56,555 nt of DNA from Erysipelotrichaceae bacterium (GCA_030528085.1 JAUMZN010000001.1:1-56555), one strand, 5' to 3'. Shown: positions 18,789-28,899, counted from the stretch's first letter. Notes: generated by a model from the letters alone, not told the origin. Numbers and translations are program-made.

Positions 18789-20995
18789 TGAAGAATAAAT
18801 TTTGCAATAGATTTACTGCAGTAGGGCTAGCAGTGCTGATGTGCAGCTATAATGTACTATCTAGTTCTACAGCACAAGCAATACCAATACAGAACAGAGG
18901 TGGAAATTATATTCTTGCTCCATTGACAGATACAAAGTACTATGATTGGATGGGTGAAAAAATCTGGAAGGCCGGCGACTCAATCACAGATCAATATTTT
19001 CTTGTGTGTAATAATTTTGGTGAAATTTACGATGTATTTGCGGACCCTGGAAAGTATAAATACAATGAAGAAACTTATGAAGGTATAGACATGTACAAGG
19101 ATCCGGATTTGCAAACTTGTGCCTTTGACAAAACGAGTTCCTTTGCCATGATGATTGCAGATAAGAATAATACTTCGGTTGATCTTAGTAAGAAACTCGA
19201 AATTAATGATCGGTATGCACAGGTCGGTACATTTAATGTATTCAAAACTGTGACACTCAACTTGGAAAAAGGTTTATCTGTCAAAAATGGAGGTCTTTTA
19301 CTTCAAAACACCTTTAGTGGAAGTGTATCTGGAGCAGACTCTGATAAACAAAAGATTGCTGTTTATTTAGGAGAACCGGCTGAAATTGAAGAAGGTGGAC
19401 GTCTTATTTTAGACGGCACGGAAAGTGCTACTGTAGGTCTTGTTAATTCACCGGCTAGTGAGCTGATTGCTCCTGATGGAAAAAATGCCATCGTTGTCAA
19501 GAAGGATGGTCAGGTTGAGGTTGCCCAGTTCGAGATCAAACGTTCCAAGAACGATGACTCCGCTGCGGCGTTGATCAATGTAGAGAATGGCGGTAATCTG
19601 CGCTTTTTCGCTGGTGGAGGTAAAGATTTTAATCCAGATACTGGTATGCCAGAGTATATAGAGGGTTTAGAAAGTTCTGATGCTAAAGTTGATCTAGATA
19701 ATGGTGCAAGCAGTAGTCCTGCAGTCAGCGTAGCTAATGGTGCTAATGTTACTGTAGAAGCTGGTGATTTCACCGCTGAGGGTGCTGGTGCGATCTTCGA
19801 ATTGGCTGATGGTGCTACTCTTAATCTGGAAGGCGGAAAAATCAACAACACAACTGATGCCCCTGCTATTAACGTAAATAGTGGTGCAACTGTTGTGATC
19901 CCTGAAGATTCTAAAGCTGAAGTTAAGAGCGAAAACGGTAAGGTTGCTATTGACTTAGATGCCGGTTCAAAAGTTCAAAAAGGTGAAAATTTGATCACTG
20001 TTGCATCGGTCGAGGATGATTCTGCTTCCAACTATGTAGATAACTACGGAAATATCGTTTTACAAAGTGGTAGTGAAGATAAGAAAGTTGCTCCAAATAC
20101 CATTATTAAACCAGATGGCACTGCTATCACAGGTAACAATAAGCTTCCTGATGTGGATGCAAACGGATCTGTAACCATCCCTGAAGGTGGCGCAATTGTA
20201 ACTAACCCTGATGGCAATAAGATTGAGGTTGATAAGGGTGATAACGTTCCTTCAATCGTTATCGGAGTTAAGAATAGTGATGGTACGCTTGCAACTTCTA
20301 AGAGAGTCGAGCTAGGCGGTGGACCTTTGTCGTTGGAAATTGCTACATTCGGTGTTGATCTTAAAGGTTACAGTCAAAGTGTGACCGTAGATAACACGAA
20401 CGTTGTAAAGATCCAAGGTCAGAATAAAAATATCGCTGTTTCACCTGTTGGTGTCGGCGAAGCTACGATTACAGTAACTTACAGTAAAACTGATGCTCCT
20501 AACGATACACTATCCGCTACATTTAAAGTTACTGTTTACAAGAATTCCTCTGGTGGAGGCGGCGGTTCGACGCAAAAATTGAACAAGGTTTATCGTGCCT
20601 ATAATCCAAACAATGGTGAACATCTTTATACATTAGATGAAAAAGAGTTCAAGCATGTAACAAGTCTTGGCTGGCATGATGAAGGCGTTGCCTTCATGGC
20701 CGAAACAGAAAAGAATGGTCAAGCTTTATATCGTGTTTATAATCCAAACAGCGGATTACATCATTACACAACAGATGAAAATGAGAAAAATACGCTTGTT
20801 TCATTAGGTTGGAATGAAGAAGGCATTGCTTGGTATGCATCGAATAAACCACAAAGCGCACCAGTTTATCGTGTCTATAATCCAAATGATGGCCAACACC
20901 ATTACACGGTTGACGGACATGAAAAAGATGTCTTAGTATCTCTTGGCTGGACGTATGAAGGAATTGCCTTTAAAACAGCACCTATTGAAAAGTAA
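18788..20995 (+). CDS. Secreted surface protein: beta-solenoid-like region, Ig-like (Big_2-like) domain, Gly linker, triple DUF5648-type repeat
   Basis: Signal peptide; V.V..G..(L/V).. solenoid repeats; PDG repeats; GVGEATITVTY; SSGGGGGS; three YR.YNPN repeats. TAATG overlap with the upstream gene. Confidence 0.75.
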   Translation: MKNKFCNRFTAVGLAVLMCSYNVLSSSTAQAIPIQNRGGNYILAPLTDTKYYDWMGEKIWKAGDSITDQYFLVCNNFGEIYDVFADPGKYKYNEETYEGIDMYKDPDLQTCAFDKTSSFAMMIADKNNTSVDLSKKLEINDRYAQVGTFNVFKTVTLNLEKGLSVKNGGLLLQNTFSGSVSGADSDKQKIAVYLGEPAEIEEGGRLILDGTESATVGLVNSPASELIAPDGKNAIVVKKDGQVEVAQFEIKRSKNDDSAAALINVENGGNLRFFAGGGKDFNPDTGMPEYIEGLESSDAKVDLDNGASSSPAVSVANGANVTVEAGDFTAEGAGAIFELADGATLNLEGGKINNTTDAPAINVNSGATVVIPEDSKAEVKSENGKVAIDLDAGSKVQKGENLITVASVEDDSASNYVDNYGNIVLQSGSEDKKVAPNTIIKPDGTAITGNNKLPDVDANGSVTIPEGGAIVTNPDGNKIEVDKGDNVPSIVIGVKNSDGTLATSKRVELGGGPLSLEIATFGVDLKGYSQSVTVDNTNVVKIQGQNKNIAVSPVGVGEATITVTYSKTDAPNDTLSATFKVTVYKNSSGGGGGSTQKLNKVYRAYNPNNGEHLYTLDEKEFKHVTSLGWHDEGVAFMAETEKNGQALYRVYNPNSGLHHYTTDENEKNTLVSLGWNEEGIAWYASNKPQSAPVYRVYNPNDGQHHYTVDGHEKDVLVSLGWTYEGIAFKTAPIEK

Positions 20996-21090
20996 GTGAA
21001 ACTTTTCTAGGAATCTAAACATAAACATGAATGGTTTTAATCCATTCGAAACTGGAAAGAATATAGAAATCAGATCGGCATGATCTGATC

Positions 21091-21149
21091 AGCTCCTCAA
21101 AACGCACACTTGATAGATAACAATCAGTGTCAGCTTTTGAGGGGCTTTT
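21091..21149 (+). terminator. Long-stem terminator / dispersed palindromic repeat
   Basis: AGCTCCTCAAAA...ACACT / AGTGT...TTTTGAGGGGCT followed by TTT; similar to 44863-44931. Confidence 0.55.
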
Positions 21150-21494
21150 CGTTTGGAAAGAAATCGAAATAGATCACATGTATAAGGGAAAAGGGGTACG
21201 AATAAATCATGCGATTTAGGCTGTGAGCTCTGAATTGTTTTGGATCTTGGAGTGCTGAATTTCAAGATGTGAAAGATTCATTCTTACTTTAGGTAAGGTG
21301 AAATATGAATTGATTTCTATTGAGCAAGATTTTTTGGAATGGATTTAGGCTATGAATCGAAATGTGATAAGCAAAATAAATCTTTTGATGGGGTCATGAA
21401 GCTGTCCGAGTTTTTATTTCACTGTGCCTACAAGGACGGAGGGGACTTTAACCTTGGATTTTAAAGTGGACGAGAAAGCCGCTATAATAGATGC

Positions 21495-24400
21495 ATGATT
21501 CATTTACACGTCCGTTCTTGTTATTCATTACTAGAAAGCGGCTTAACGATTGAAGATATAATTCGTTTAGCTAAGGAACATCATCAAAAAGCAGTTGTCT
21601 TAACTGACCATCGAACAATGTATGGAACGATGGAGTTTTTGCATGCCGCAAAGAAGGCGGGATTAAAACCGGTGATCGGATTAGAGTTTGAAATTGAAGA
21701 AAATGGAAATCTCTACTCACTTCTTGCGATCGCAAAAAATGGTCAAGGCCTACAAAACCTTTATCAAATCTCAACTTGGGTCATGTCGCATCCTGAACCG
21801 ATGCCGATCGATGTCCTGCAAGCATATGGATCCAATCTTATTTTGATGAATGCGGGTGGCGATGAAGTGTTGGAAAACATGGCATATCAAAACATGGTGG
21901 TTGAAATTGCGACGCTGTTTCAAACGTTAGAACATATTGCGGATGAGTTTTATGTCGCGATTTCTTTACAAGATTCGCCGCGTTTCGCCAAGTCAAATGC
22001 CACTTTAGAAGTAGCCGCAAATACTTTGGATTTGCCTTGTGTTGCTTTAAGTCGTGTTGAATATGAACATCCTGAAGATGAGCGGACTTTGCGTTTATTA
22101 AGGGCGATCGGACAAACAAAATCGATCGATGATCCAACGATTCAAGCCCGCAAAGGCCGATATTATCGCAGCGCAGAAGAAATGGCGAATTTATATTCGT
22201 TTGAACAACTTGAAAATACCGAAAGAATTATTGATCAAGTCGAAGATTATGAAATCCCAAAAGCAGAACTGCCGATTTTTCCAAATCGCGCGGGTGCGCA
22301 AAGTGATGTGTATTTAAAAGAACTTTGCATTAAAGGGTTAAAAAAGCGATTCAATCAAAATGTCCCGACTCATTATTGGAGCAGACTTCAAATGGAATTA
22401 GATGTCATTTTAAGTATGGGGTTTGCGGATTACTTTTTAATTGTATGGGACTTTATTCGTGAAGCACGTTCGCGTTCGATTCTCGTTGGTCCAGGAAGAG
22501 GAAGTGCAGCGGGATCGCTTGTGGCTTGGACTTTAGGGATCAGCCATGTCGATCCAGTCGCAAATTCGTTGCTGTTTGAACGTTTTTTAAATCCAAGTCG
22601 TATTTCGATGCCAGATATCGATACGGATTTTCCAGATAATCGCCGCCAAGAAATTTTGGATTATGTCCAAGATACTTATGGAAAAATGCATGTCGCGCAT
22701 ATCGTGACTTTTTCGCGCATGAAATCACGCTCGGCACTTCGAGATTGTGCAAGAGCGATGAATGTTTCGAATCGCGAAATTGGTCAATTAACTCAACTTG
22801 TCTCCAGCAATTCCGAATGGAAACTAAAGGAATTGCCACAGCACAATTCTGCATTTAAACGCATGATTCAAAACCGCCCGCGCCTAAAAGCGGTCTATGA
22901 TGCAGCATGTGCAATTGAAGGGTTCCCACGTCATGCTTCGCTGCATGCGGGTGGAATTGTTTTAGCTCGAGACCCGATTGTTCAACAAGCCCCACTCATT
23001 GATGTGGGAGAGCGTCTTCCTGTTGTGCAATTTACGATGGAATATTTAGAAGAGATCGGCTTGATTAAATTTGACTTTTTGTCGTTGAAAAACTTAACGC
23101 TGATCGCATCGATGTTAGATTTGATCGAAAAACAAGAAGGGAAGAGAATTGATTTACTCAAGCTGCCTTTAAACGATCCAAAAGTATACCAATTGCTTCA
23201 AAAAGCCCAAACGATGGGCGTTTTCCAATTAGAAAGTGCCGGAATTCGCGACTTGCTTATTCGCTATAAGCCAGAAAAGTTTGAAGATATTGCGGCTGTA
23301 TTGGCTTTATATCGACCAGGGCCGATGAAAAATATCGATACATTTTTAAAAGCACGTTTTAGTCATTCGCGCCAAAAATCGATGCATCCGCTATTAGATC
23401 CGATTTTAAAAGAGACGGGTGGCATCTTTGTTTATCAAGAACAAATTATGGAAGCCGCAAAAGTCATTGGCGGATTCAGCTTGGCTCAAGCGGATATGCT
23501 TAGAAAAGCAATGTCGAAAAAGAAGCCAGAAGAAATGGCGAAATGGCAAGATCAGTTTGTCCAAGGGGCAAAAGAAAAAGGAATTGATTCCGCTAAAGCT
23601 CAAGAAATTTTTGGTGTCATGTTTGAGTTTGCGGAATATGGGTTCAATAAGTCGCACTCTTATGTTTATGGCTTAATCGTTTATCAAATGTGCTGGTTAA
23701 AAGTAAATTATCCACTTGCGTTTTATCAAGTGCTTTTAGATTCGTGCATCGGATCTGGAACAAAGACGAATATTTTTATTCAAGAAGCAAGATCAAGAGG
23801 AATTTCGTTTTTACCGTTCTCTTTAAATCACTCATTTGAAACGTATAGTCAACAAGCCAATAGTTTAAGATTGCCATTCTCGATGATTCAATCGATCAAT
23901 CGCCCGGCAATTGAATTGATTATTCAAGAGCGCCACGAACATGGCTTATATCAAGATCCATGTTTGAGTGTGATTCGCTTAATTCATATCGGTTTATCGA
24001 ATCAACAAGTTGAAGCGCTCATTCAAGTTGGGGCTTTTGATGAATTGAAAGTGACTAGAGAAACGTTGATTGCGCAATTAGAACAAATTATTTCATTTGC
24101 GGATTTAATTACGTTAGAAGAAGGCGCGTGGAAATTCTCAGGTGTAACGCCGCCAGTATTGCGACCAATGCCAATCAACAATATGGAGCGGATAAAAAAA
24201 GAAAAAGAATTATTAGGATTTTATATTACGCGCCATCCCGCTTCTTTATTACGCCAAAAAAATCGCCAAATTCTTCCGATTGAAGCTGCTCTTAAAAAAG
24301 AGGGCTACATGCAAATGGCGGGGATTATTCAATCTGTCCGCCCGCAAAAAACGAAAAAAGGCGATGAAATGGCATTTGCGATTTTAGCGGATGATACGGG

Positions 24401-24545
24401 CAATATCGATCTAGCGATCATGCCGCGTCAGTGGCAAAGTTTTCAAAATGTACTTGCAGCCGATAAACTGGTGATCGTTCAAGTCAATAAAAATCGTCCC
24501 GATAGTGCATTGCTTAATAACGTACAAATCATCGATGTCATTTAA
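21495..24545 (+). CDS. dnaE: DNA polymerase III alpha subunit (DnaE type)
   Basis: PHP IHLHVRS.YSLL, GPGRGSAAGS, FERFLNP, PDIDTDF, KFDFL, YGFNKSH, C-terminal OB fold. Confidence 0.97.
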   Translation: MIHLHVRSCYSLLESGLTIEDIIRLAKEHHQKAVVLTDHRTMYGTMEFLHAAKKAGLKPVIGLEFEIEENGNLYSLLAIAKNGQGLQNLYQISTWVMSHPEPMPIDVLQAYGSNLILMNAGGDEVLENMAYQNMVVEIATLFQTLEHIADEFYVAISLQDSPRFAKSNATLEVAANTLDLPCVALSRVEYEHPEDERTLRLLRAIGQTKSIDDPTIQARKGRYYRSAEEMANLYSFEQLENTERIIDQVEDYEIPKAELPIFPNRAGAQSDVYLKELCIKGLKKRFNQNVPTHYWSRLQMELDVILSMGFADYFLIVWDFIREARSRSILVGPGRGSAAGSLVAWTLGISHVDPVANSLLFERFLNPSRISMPDIDTDFPDNRRQEILDYVQDTYGKMHVAHIVTFSRMKSRSALRDCARAMNVSNREIGQLTQLVSSNSEWKLKELPQHNSAFKRMIQNRPRLKAVYDAACAIEGFPRHASLHAGGIVLARDPIVQQAPLIDVGERLPVVQFTMEYLEEIGLIKFDFLSLKNLTLIASMLDLIEKQEGKRIDLLKLPLNDPKVYQLLQKAQTMGVFQLESAGIRDLLIRYKPEKFEDIAAVLALYRPGPMKNIDTFLKARFSHSRQKSMHPLLDPILKETGGIFVYQEQIMEAAKVIGGFSLAQADMLRKAMSKKKPEEMAKWQDQFVQGAKEKGIDSAKAQEIFGVMFEFAEYGFNKSHSYVYGLIVYQMCWLKVNYPLAFYQVLLDSCIGSGTKTNIFIQEARSRGISFLPFSLNHSFETYSQQANSLRLPFSMIQSINRPAIELIIQERHEHGLYQDPCLSVIRLIHIGLSNQQVEALIQVGAFDELKVTRETLIAQLEQIISFADLITLEEGAWKFSGVTPPVLRPMPINNMERIKKEKELLGFYITRHPASLLRQKNRQILPIEAALKKEGYMQMAGIIQSVRPQKTKKGDEMAFAILADDTGNIDLAIMPRQWQSFQNVLAADKLVIVQVNKNRPDSALLNNVQIIDVI

Positions 24546-24593
24546 AAAGCGAATCGCTTGCGTGTTTAAAAGCACGGCAATTGATTCGCTTTT
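24545..24593. terminator. Bidirectional terminator between convergent genes
   Basis: AAAAGCGAATC...GATTCGCTTTTT with an inner CGTG/CACG stem. Confidence 0.7.
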
Positions 24594-24599
24594 CTTTGT

Positions 24600-25097
24600 T
24601 TATAAAGAAGATTGTTTTAAAGCGAGGTTTTTGGCTTGTTTTCCGGTGATGTGTTCAATTTCAAATTGAATCATTTCAACACGATCTAATCCCGGCAAAA
24701 TTGCATCTTGGCGCTCTTTAGCGCTGAGATTAGGATCAAAGTGGGCAATCAAACAATCGATCGCTTGATATTTTTGTTTTGGATCTTCAATGACGGAAAC
24801 TTTGCCAAAGGCGATCACGCTTTTGTAGTAAGTCGTGAGCTCTTCTAAAACGATTTCGTCTTGATCGACAACGCAAAAAGAAGCGCGATCGCAATAATGC
24901 AGAGCATCCATTTTATGACCAACTTTTGCGACATGAAAATAAAGCTTGTTGTTGTGCAAAACATAATTTAAAGGTATGGCGTAAGGATAGCCAGTATCGG
25001 ATTGTAAAGCGAGTACGCCATGAGTGTTTCTCTCTAAAATGGAATATACTTCTTGATCTTGAAGCTGCTGTTGATTGCGGCGCATAGGTTTAAACAT
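24600..25097 (-). CDS. Pyridoxamine 5'-phosphate oxidase-like flavin-binding protein (NimA-like)
   Basis: MRR..QQL, GVLAL...GYPYAIPLNY, LYFH.A..GHK, Y.SVIAFG, ITGK. Confidence 0.85.
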   Translation of the reverse strand: MFKPMRRNQQQLQDQEVYSILERNTHGVLALQSDTGYPYAIPLNYVLHNNKLYFHVAKVGHKMDALHYCDRASFCVVDQDEIVLEELTTYYKSVIAFGKVSVIEDPKQKYQAIDCLIAHFDPNLSAKERQDAILPGLDRVEMIQFEIEHITGKQAKNLALKQSSL

Positions 25098-25321
25098 AAA
25101 ATGCCTCCATGATTTGATGATCTAAATGAATAAAATAAGGGATCTTTTCAATTATTGTACAACTGCGATCGATGTTTATAAAGAATGAATACGTGTGCGA
25201 AAGTGAGTTGAATAATCAGAAATCAGCGAAAGATAAAGGAAAAAACAAAAATGAGTGATGACGTTTTGTCTAAGAAAATAGTACAATGAAAATAATGTGT
25301 TAAACGATATAGGAGACGAAC

Positions 25322-26134
25322 ATGATTAAAGCAGCTTTTTTTGATATCGATGGAACAATCCTTTCCCATAGCCAACGAAAAGTCCCGGATTCAACGCTTA
25401 AGGCAATCACGATGATGCAAGAAAAAGGCATCAAAGTTTATATTGCGACCGGACGACACGTTTTAGAAATCAATGATCTTGATTTTAGAGGGATTGAATT
25501 TGATGGCTATGTTGCGTTAAATGGATCTTTATTATTAGATCACAATCGCAATGTTGAAATGTATATTCCGTTCGAACCAAACGATAAAGAAATTTTAGTT
25601 CGTCTCTTTCATGAAGCTGATTATGCGGTGATGTTAGTGAGCATGAATGAGTTTTTTATGAACACAGTAACGCCACAGACTTTAAAAGCATGCAAAGCGC
25701 TCAATCTTGAAATTCCTGAAGAGAAACCTTGGAATGGTGAAGAAATCATCAGTGCTGTTGCGTATTTCAGTGAAGAGGAAGAAAAAGAATTCCAAGCGCA
25801 TTTAACAGATCATGTGGTGATGGTCAGATGGAATCCTTATGGTGTGGATGTCGCGCCAGTATGTCAAGAACAGCGGGAACTCGGTTTGGAAGGCAAACCT
25901 TATGGCTTATATTTAATGGGCAAAAAACACGGCTTTAGCCAAGATGAAATGATCGCTTTTGGCGATTCGCAAAATGATGAAAGCATGCTGCGCTATGCCA
26001 AAATCGGTGTAGCGATGGGCAATGCGACTGAAGGGGCTAAAGCAGCTGCTGATTATGTGACAGATGATATCGATGAGCATGGAATATGGAATGCGGCAAT
26101 TCATTTTGGCTTGATCGATGGCGAAAAGCTATAG
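25322..26134 (+). CDS. Cof-type HAD-IIB hydrolase
   Basis: FFDIDGT, ATGR, K, AFGDSQNDESM, GVAMGNA. Confidence 0.93.
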   Translation: MIKAAFFDIDGTILSHSQRKVPDSTLKAITMMQEKGIKVYIATGRHVLEINDLDFRGIEFDGYVALNGSLLLDHNRNVEMYIPFEPNDKEILVRLFHEADYAVMLVSMNEFFMNTVTPQTLKACKALNLEIPEEKPWNGEEIISAVAYFSEEEEKEFQAHLTDHVVMVRWNPYGVDVAPVCQEQRELGLEGKPYGLYLMGKKHGFSQDEMIAFGDSQNDESMLRYAKIGVAMGNATEGAKAAADYVTDDIDEHGIWNAAIHFGLIDGEKL

Positions 26135-26324
26135 TTGATTTCACTTGTACAAACTTTTATATATTGAATGACAAAATCTAGATATCAAGAAAGATTGAAT
26201 TGAAAAGAAGACACAAAATGACGATTGTTTGGCATAAAATTGCCAATCAAAATTCAAATCGATTTTTTTGAAATTAGAAGAGTTTTAGGTTGACGAATGC
26301 TGGACAAATCATTAATATACTAAT

Positions 26325-26405
26325 GTTGCAGTCTTTTTACGACTTGCAACCGCACAGAAAAGGCTTATAAGAGATGCAAGTCCGCCTTTATGGCGAGTAT
26401 CAAGA
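26325..26405 (+). ncRNA. Ribosomal protein L21 leader
   Basis: Structured leader (GTTGCAGTC...GACTTGCAAC, CCGCAC, terminal CGCC/GGCG hairpin) between a TTGACG-17-TAATAT promoter and rplU. Confidence 0.6.
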
Positions 26406-26425
26406 ATCGGAAAGGAGACACTAAA

Positions 26426-26728
26426 ATGTACGCAATCATTGAAACCGGTGGAAAACAGATTAAAGTTGAAAACGGTTGCTCTATCTGGGTTGAAAAATTA
26501 AACGCTCAGGAAGGTGAAACTGTTGAATTCGACAAAGTTCTGTTTGTAGACGGAAAAGTTGGCAAACCTTTCGTTGAAGGTGCAAAAGTCAGCGGTGTAG
26601 TAGAAAAACAAGGTAAAGGAAAGAAAATCACTATCGTGAAATATCGTCCTAAAAAATCTTCTACACGCAGAAAACAGGGTCACAGACAGCCTTATACACG
26701 TGTTAAAATCGAATCCATCACTGCTTAA
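26426..26728 (+). CDS. rplU: 50S ribosomal protein L21
   Basis: [11 protein letters not shown]...QGHRQPYT; AAAGGAG SD. Confidence 0.98.
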   Translation: MYAIIETGGKQIKVENGCSIWVEKLNAQEGETVEFDKVLFVDGKVGKPFVEGAKVSGVVEKQGKGKKITIVKYRPKKSSTRRKQGHRQPYTRVKIESITA

Positions 26729-26735
26729 TTAGAGT

Positions 26736-27044
26736 ATGATTCGAATCAAAGTTCAGACCAAAGAGTCTGAGATCAATACGATTGAGATCAGCGGTCATGC
26801 CATGTCTGGTCCTTATGGACAAGATTTAGTATGTGCTGGTGTTTCGGCAATCGCATTGTCATCGCTGAATGCGATGGATGAGCTTTATCCAAATTGTTGT
26901 GAAATGTCTGCAAGTCAGAATAAAATTCTGATTCATGTCATAAAGAATTCACCATCAATTCAAGATGTGTTACATTTTCTATGTACACAGTTGGACATGA
27001 TGATGCGATCATATCCTGATCATATCCAATTGGATAAACGCTAA
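26736..27044 (+). CDS. prp: Ribosomal-processing cysteine protease Prp (YsxB)
   Basis: SGHA...G.DLVCAGVS motif; located between rplU and rpmA. Confidence 0.93.
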   Translation: MIRIKVQTKESEINTIEISGHAMSGPYGQDLVCAGVSAIALSSLNAMDELYPNCCEMSASQNKILIHVIKNSPSIQDVLHFLCTQLDMMMRSYPDHIQLDKR

Positions 27045-27079
27045 ATCATTAATCGAACAGAAGAGAAAGAGGTATAATC

Positions 27080-27364
27080 ATGAGATTCACAATGGACCTT
27101 CAGTTCTTCGCTTCCAAAAAAGGGGTAGGTTCGACAAAAAACGGACGTGACTCCCACTCCAAACGTTTAGGTGCCAAACTGGCTGATGGACAGAAATGTC
27201 TTGCTGGTTCCATCATCTACCGTCAGCGTGGAACAAAAATTCATCCTGGTAAAAATGTAGGCAGAGGCGGAGACGATACTTTGTTTGCGACTGTTGATGG
27301 CGTAGTTAAGTTCGAAAGACTTGGCCGTGACAGAAAACAGGTTTCAGTATATCCTGCTGAATAA
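27080..27364 (+). CDS. rpmA: 50S ribosomal protein L27 with Prp-cleaved N-terminal extension
   Basis: [10 protein letters not shown]|[15 protein letters not shown]. Confidence 0.98.
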   Translation: MRFTMDLQFFASKKGVGSTKNGRDSHSKRLGAKLADGQKCLAGSIIYRQRGTKIHPGKNVGRGGDDTLFATVDGVVKFERLGRDRKQVSVYPAE

Positions 27365-27378
27365 TCCGAATGATAAAT

Positions 27379-27409
27379 AAGTCTGATCTTGCTAGACCAG
27401 GCTTTTTTT
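27379..27409 (+). terminator. Terminator after rpmA
   Basis: AAGTCTG.TCT / AGACCAGGCTT followed by T-run. Confidence 0.6.
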
Positions 27410-27516
27410 CTTGCATACAATTTTGTAGCTGCTTACAATGCAAAAAAGCAGAGAAAAGCAGTGATTAAAGATACAATCGTAGTAAACCTACGACAAATGA
27501 AAGAGAGGTATTGGAC

Positions 27517-28800
27517 ATGTTTGTGGATCAGGTAAAAGTCCATGTCAAAGCCGGTAAAGGCGGAGATGGACTCGTCTCATTTAAACACGAAAAATACGTT
27601 GCTAATGGTGGGCCATTCGGCGGAGATGGTGGAGATGGCGGAAGCGTCATTTTTGAAGCCGATCCAGGCATGGTCACACTTCTTGACTTACGCTATCACC
27701 GTATTATTCGTGCCCAACCTGGAGAAAAAGGGAAAAACAAACGTATGCATGGCGCAAATGCCGGCGATCAAATCGTTAAAGTCCCACTAGGAACAGTTGT
27801 TAAACGAATCGATAACGGGATGGTTTTAGCCGATTTAACTGAACCCCATCAAAGACAAGTCGTCGCAAAAGGTGGCCGCGGTGGCCGTGGAAATGCTCGT
27901 TTTAAATCGAGCCGCAACGTAGCTCCACGTTATGCAGAACCGGGCAAAGAGGGCGAAGAATTCGATGTAATGGTTGAACTTCGTACTTTAGCTGACGTTG
28001 GTTTAGTTGGTTATCCATCAGTTGGAAAATCGACTTTATTAGATGCAGTCAGCCGCGCTAAACCAGAAATTGGCGATTATCCATTTACAACGCTTGCACC
28101 AAATGTCGGTGTTGTACAAGTACCAGATGGCAGAAGCTTTGTGATGGCTGACCTTCCAGGATTAATCGATGGGGCTAGTGAAGGTAAAGGCCTTGGACTG
28201 CAGTTTTTAAAACATATCGAAAGATGTCGCGTTATTATCCATGTGATCGATATGGGTGCGCAAGATGGTCGTGATCCGGTAGAAGATTACGCCAATATTA
28301 ATTCCGAATTGGAAAAATATCATTTGCGCTTATTGGAACGTCCACAAATTGTTGTCGCAAACAAAATGGACGAAGAACATGCACAAGAAAATCTGCAGCG
28401 CTTCAAAGAAGCATATCCAGATTTAGAAGTATTTGAAACGACGACGATTATCCATGAAGGTTTAGTTCCTGTTTTATATAAAGCAGCTGATCTTCTTGCA
28501 ACAACGCCAATCTTCCCAATCTTAGATGAAAACGAAGAAGCGGAAGGCGTTACTTATACATTCCAAGAAAAAGAAAAACCATATACAATCGAAGAAGTCG
28601 AACCAGGACGCTTCAGTGTCTATGGACCATTAATTCGCAAAAACTTCAATATCGACAAGTTAAATACAGACGAAGACTTCTACAACTTCGCCAACCAGAT
28701 GCGCTTCTTAGGCATCGACCAACACTTACGTGAGGCTGGATGTCAAGATGGTGATATTGTCGAATTAGAAGGATTTGAATTCGAATTTATCGAAAACTAA
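27517..28800 (+). CDS. obgE: GTPase ObgE/CgtA
   Basis: MFVDQ, Gly-rich Obg fold, GYPSVGKST, YPFTT, DLPG, NKMD, C-terminal OCT domain. Confidence 0.98.
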   Translation: MFVDQVKVHVKAGKGGDGLVSFKHEKYVANGGPFGGDGGDGGSVIFEADPGMVTLLDLRYHRIIRAQPGEKGKNKRMHGANAGDQIVKVPLGTVVKRIDNGMVLADLTEPHQRQVVAKGGRGGRGNARFKSSRNVAPRYAEPGKEGEEFDVMVELRTLADVGLVGYPSVGKSTLLDAVSRAKPEIGDYPFTTLAPNVGVVQVPDGRSFVMADLPGLIDGASEGKGLGLQFLKHIERCRVIIHVIDMGAQDGRDPVEDYANINSELEKYHLRLLERPQIVVANKMDEEHAQENLQRFKEAYPDLEVFETTTIIHEGLVPVLYKAADLLATTPIFPILDENEEAEGVTYTFQEKEKPYTIEEVEPGRFSVYGPLIRKNFNIDKLNTDEDFYNFANQMRFLGIDQHLREAGCQDGDIVELEGFEFEFIEN

Positions 28801-28812
28801 ATTGAATCAAAC

Positions 28813-28849
28813 AAGACAGAGTGGAAACAAAACCCTCTGTCTTTTTTTT
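28813..28849 (+). terminator. Terminator after obgE
   Basis: AAGACAGAG / CTCTGTCTT followed by T-run. Confidence 0.8.
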
Positions 28850-28899
28850 ATTTTGATTTTGAAACTGAATCTTTTTTAGAAAAAGAAAAACGAATGAAG

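Noticed and set aside
24600-25097. Possible metronidazole-resistance nim gene
   Set aside because: Only family-level similarity; such proteins are common chromosomal genes and no IS lies upstream.
26229-26246. TTGGCA-N6-TGCCAA palindrome as another XRE operator
   Set aside because: Half-sites are in the opposite arrangement to those at 28901/28935; single copy, more likely a weak hairpin.
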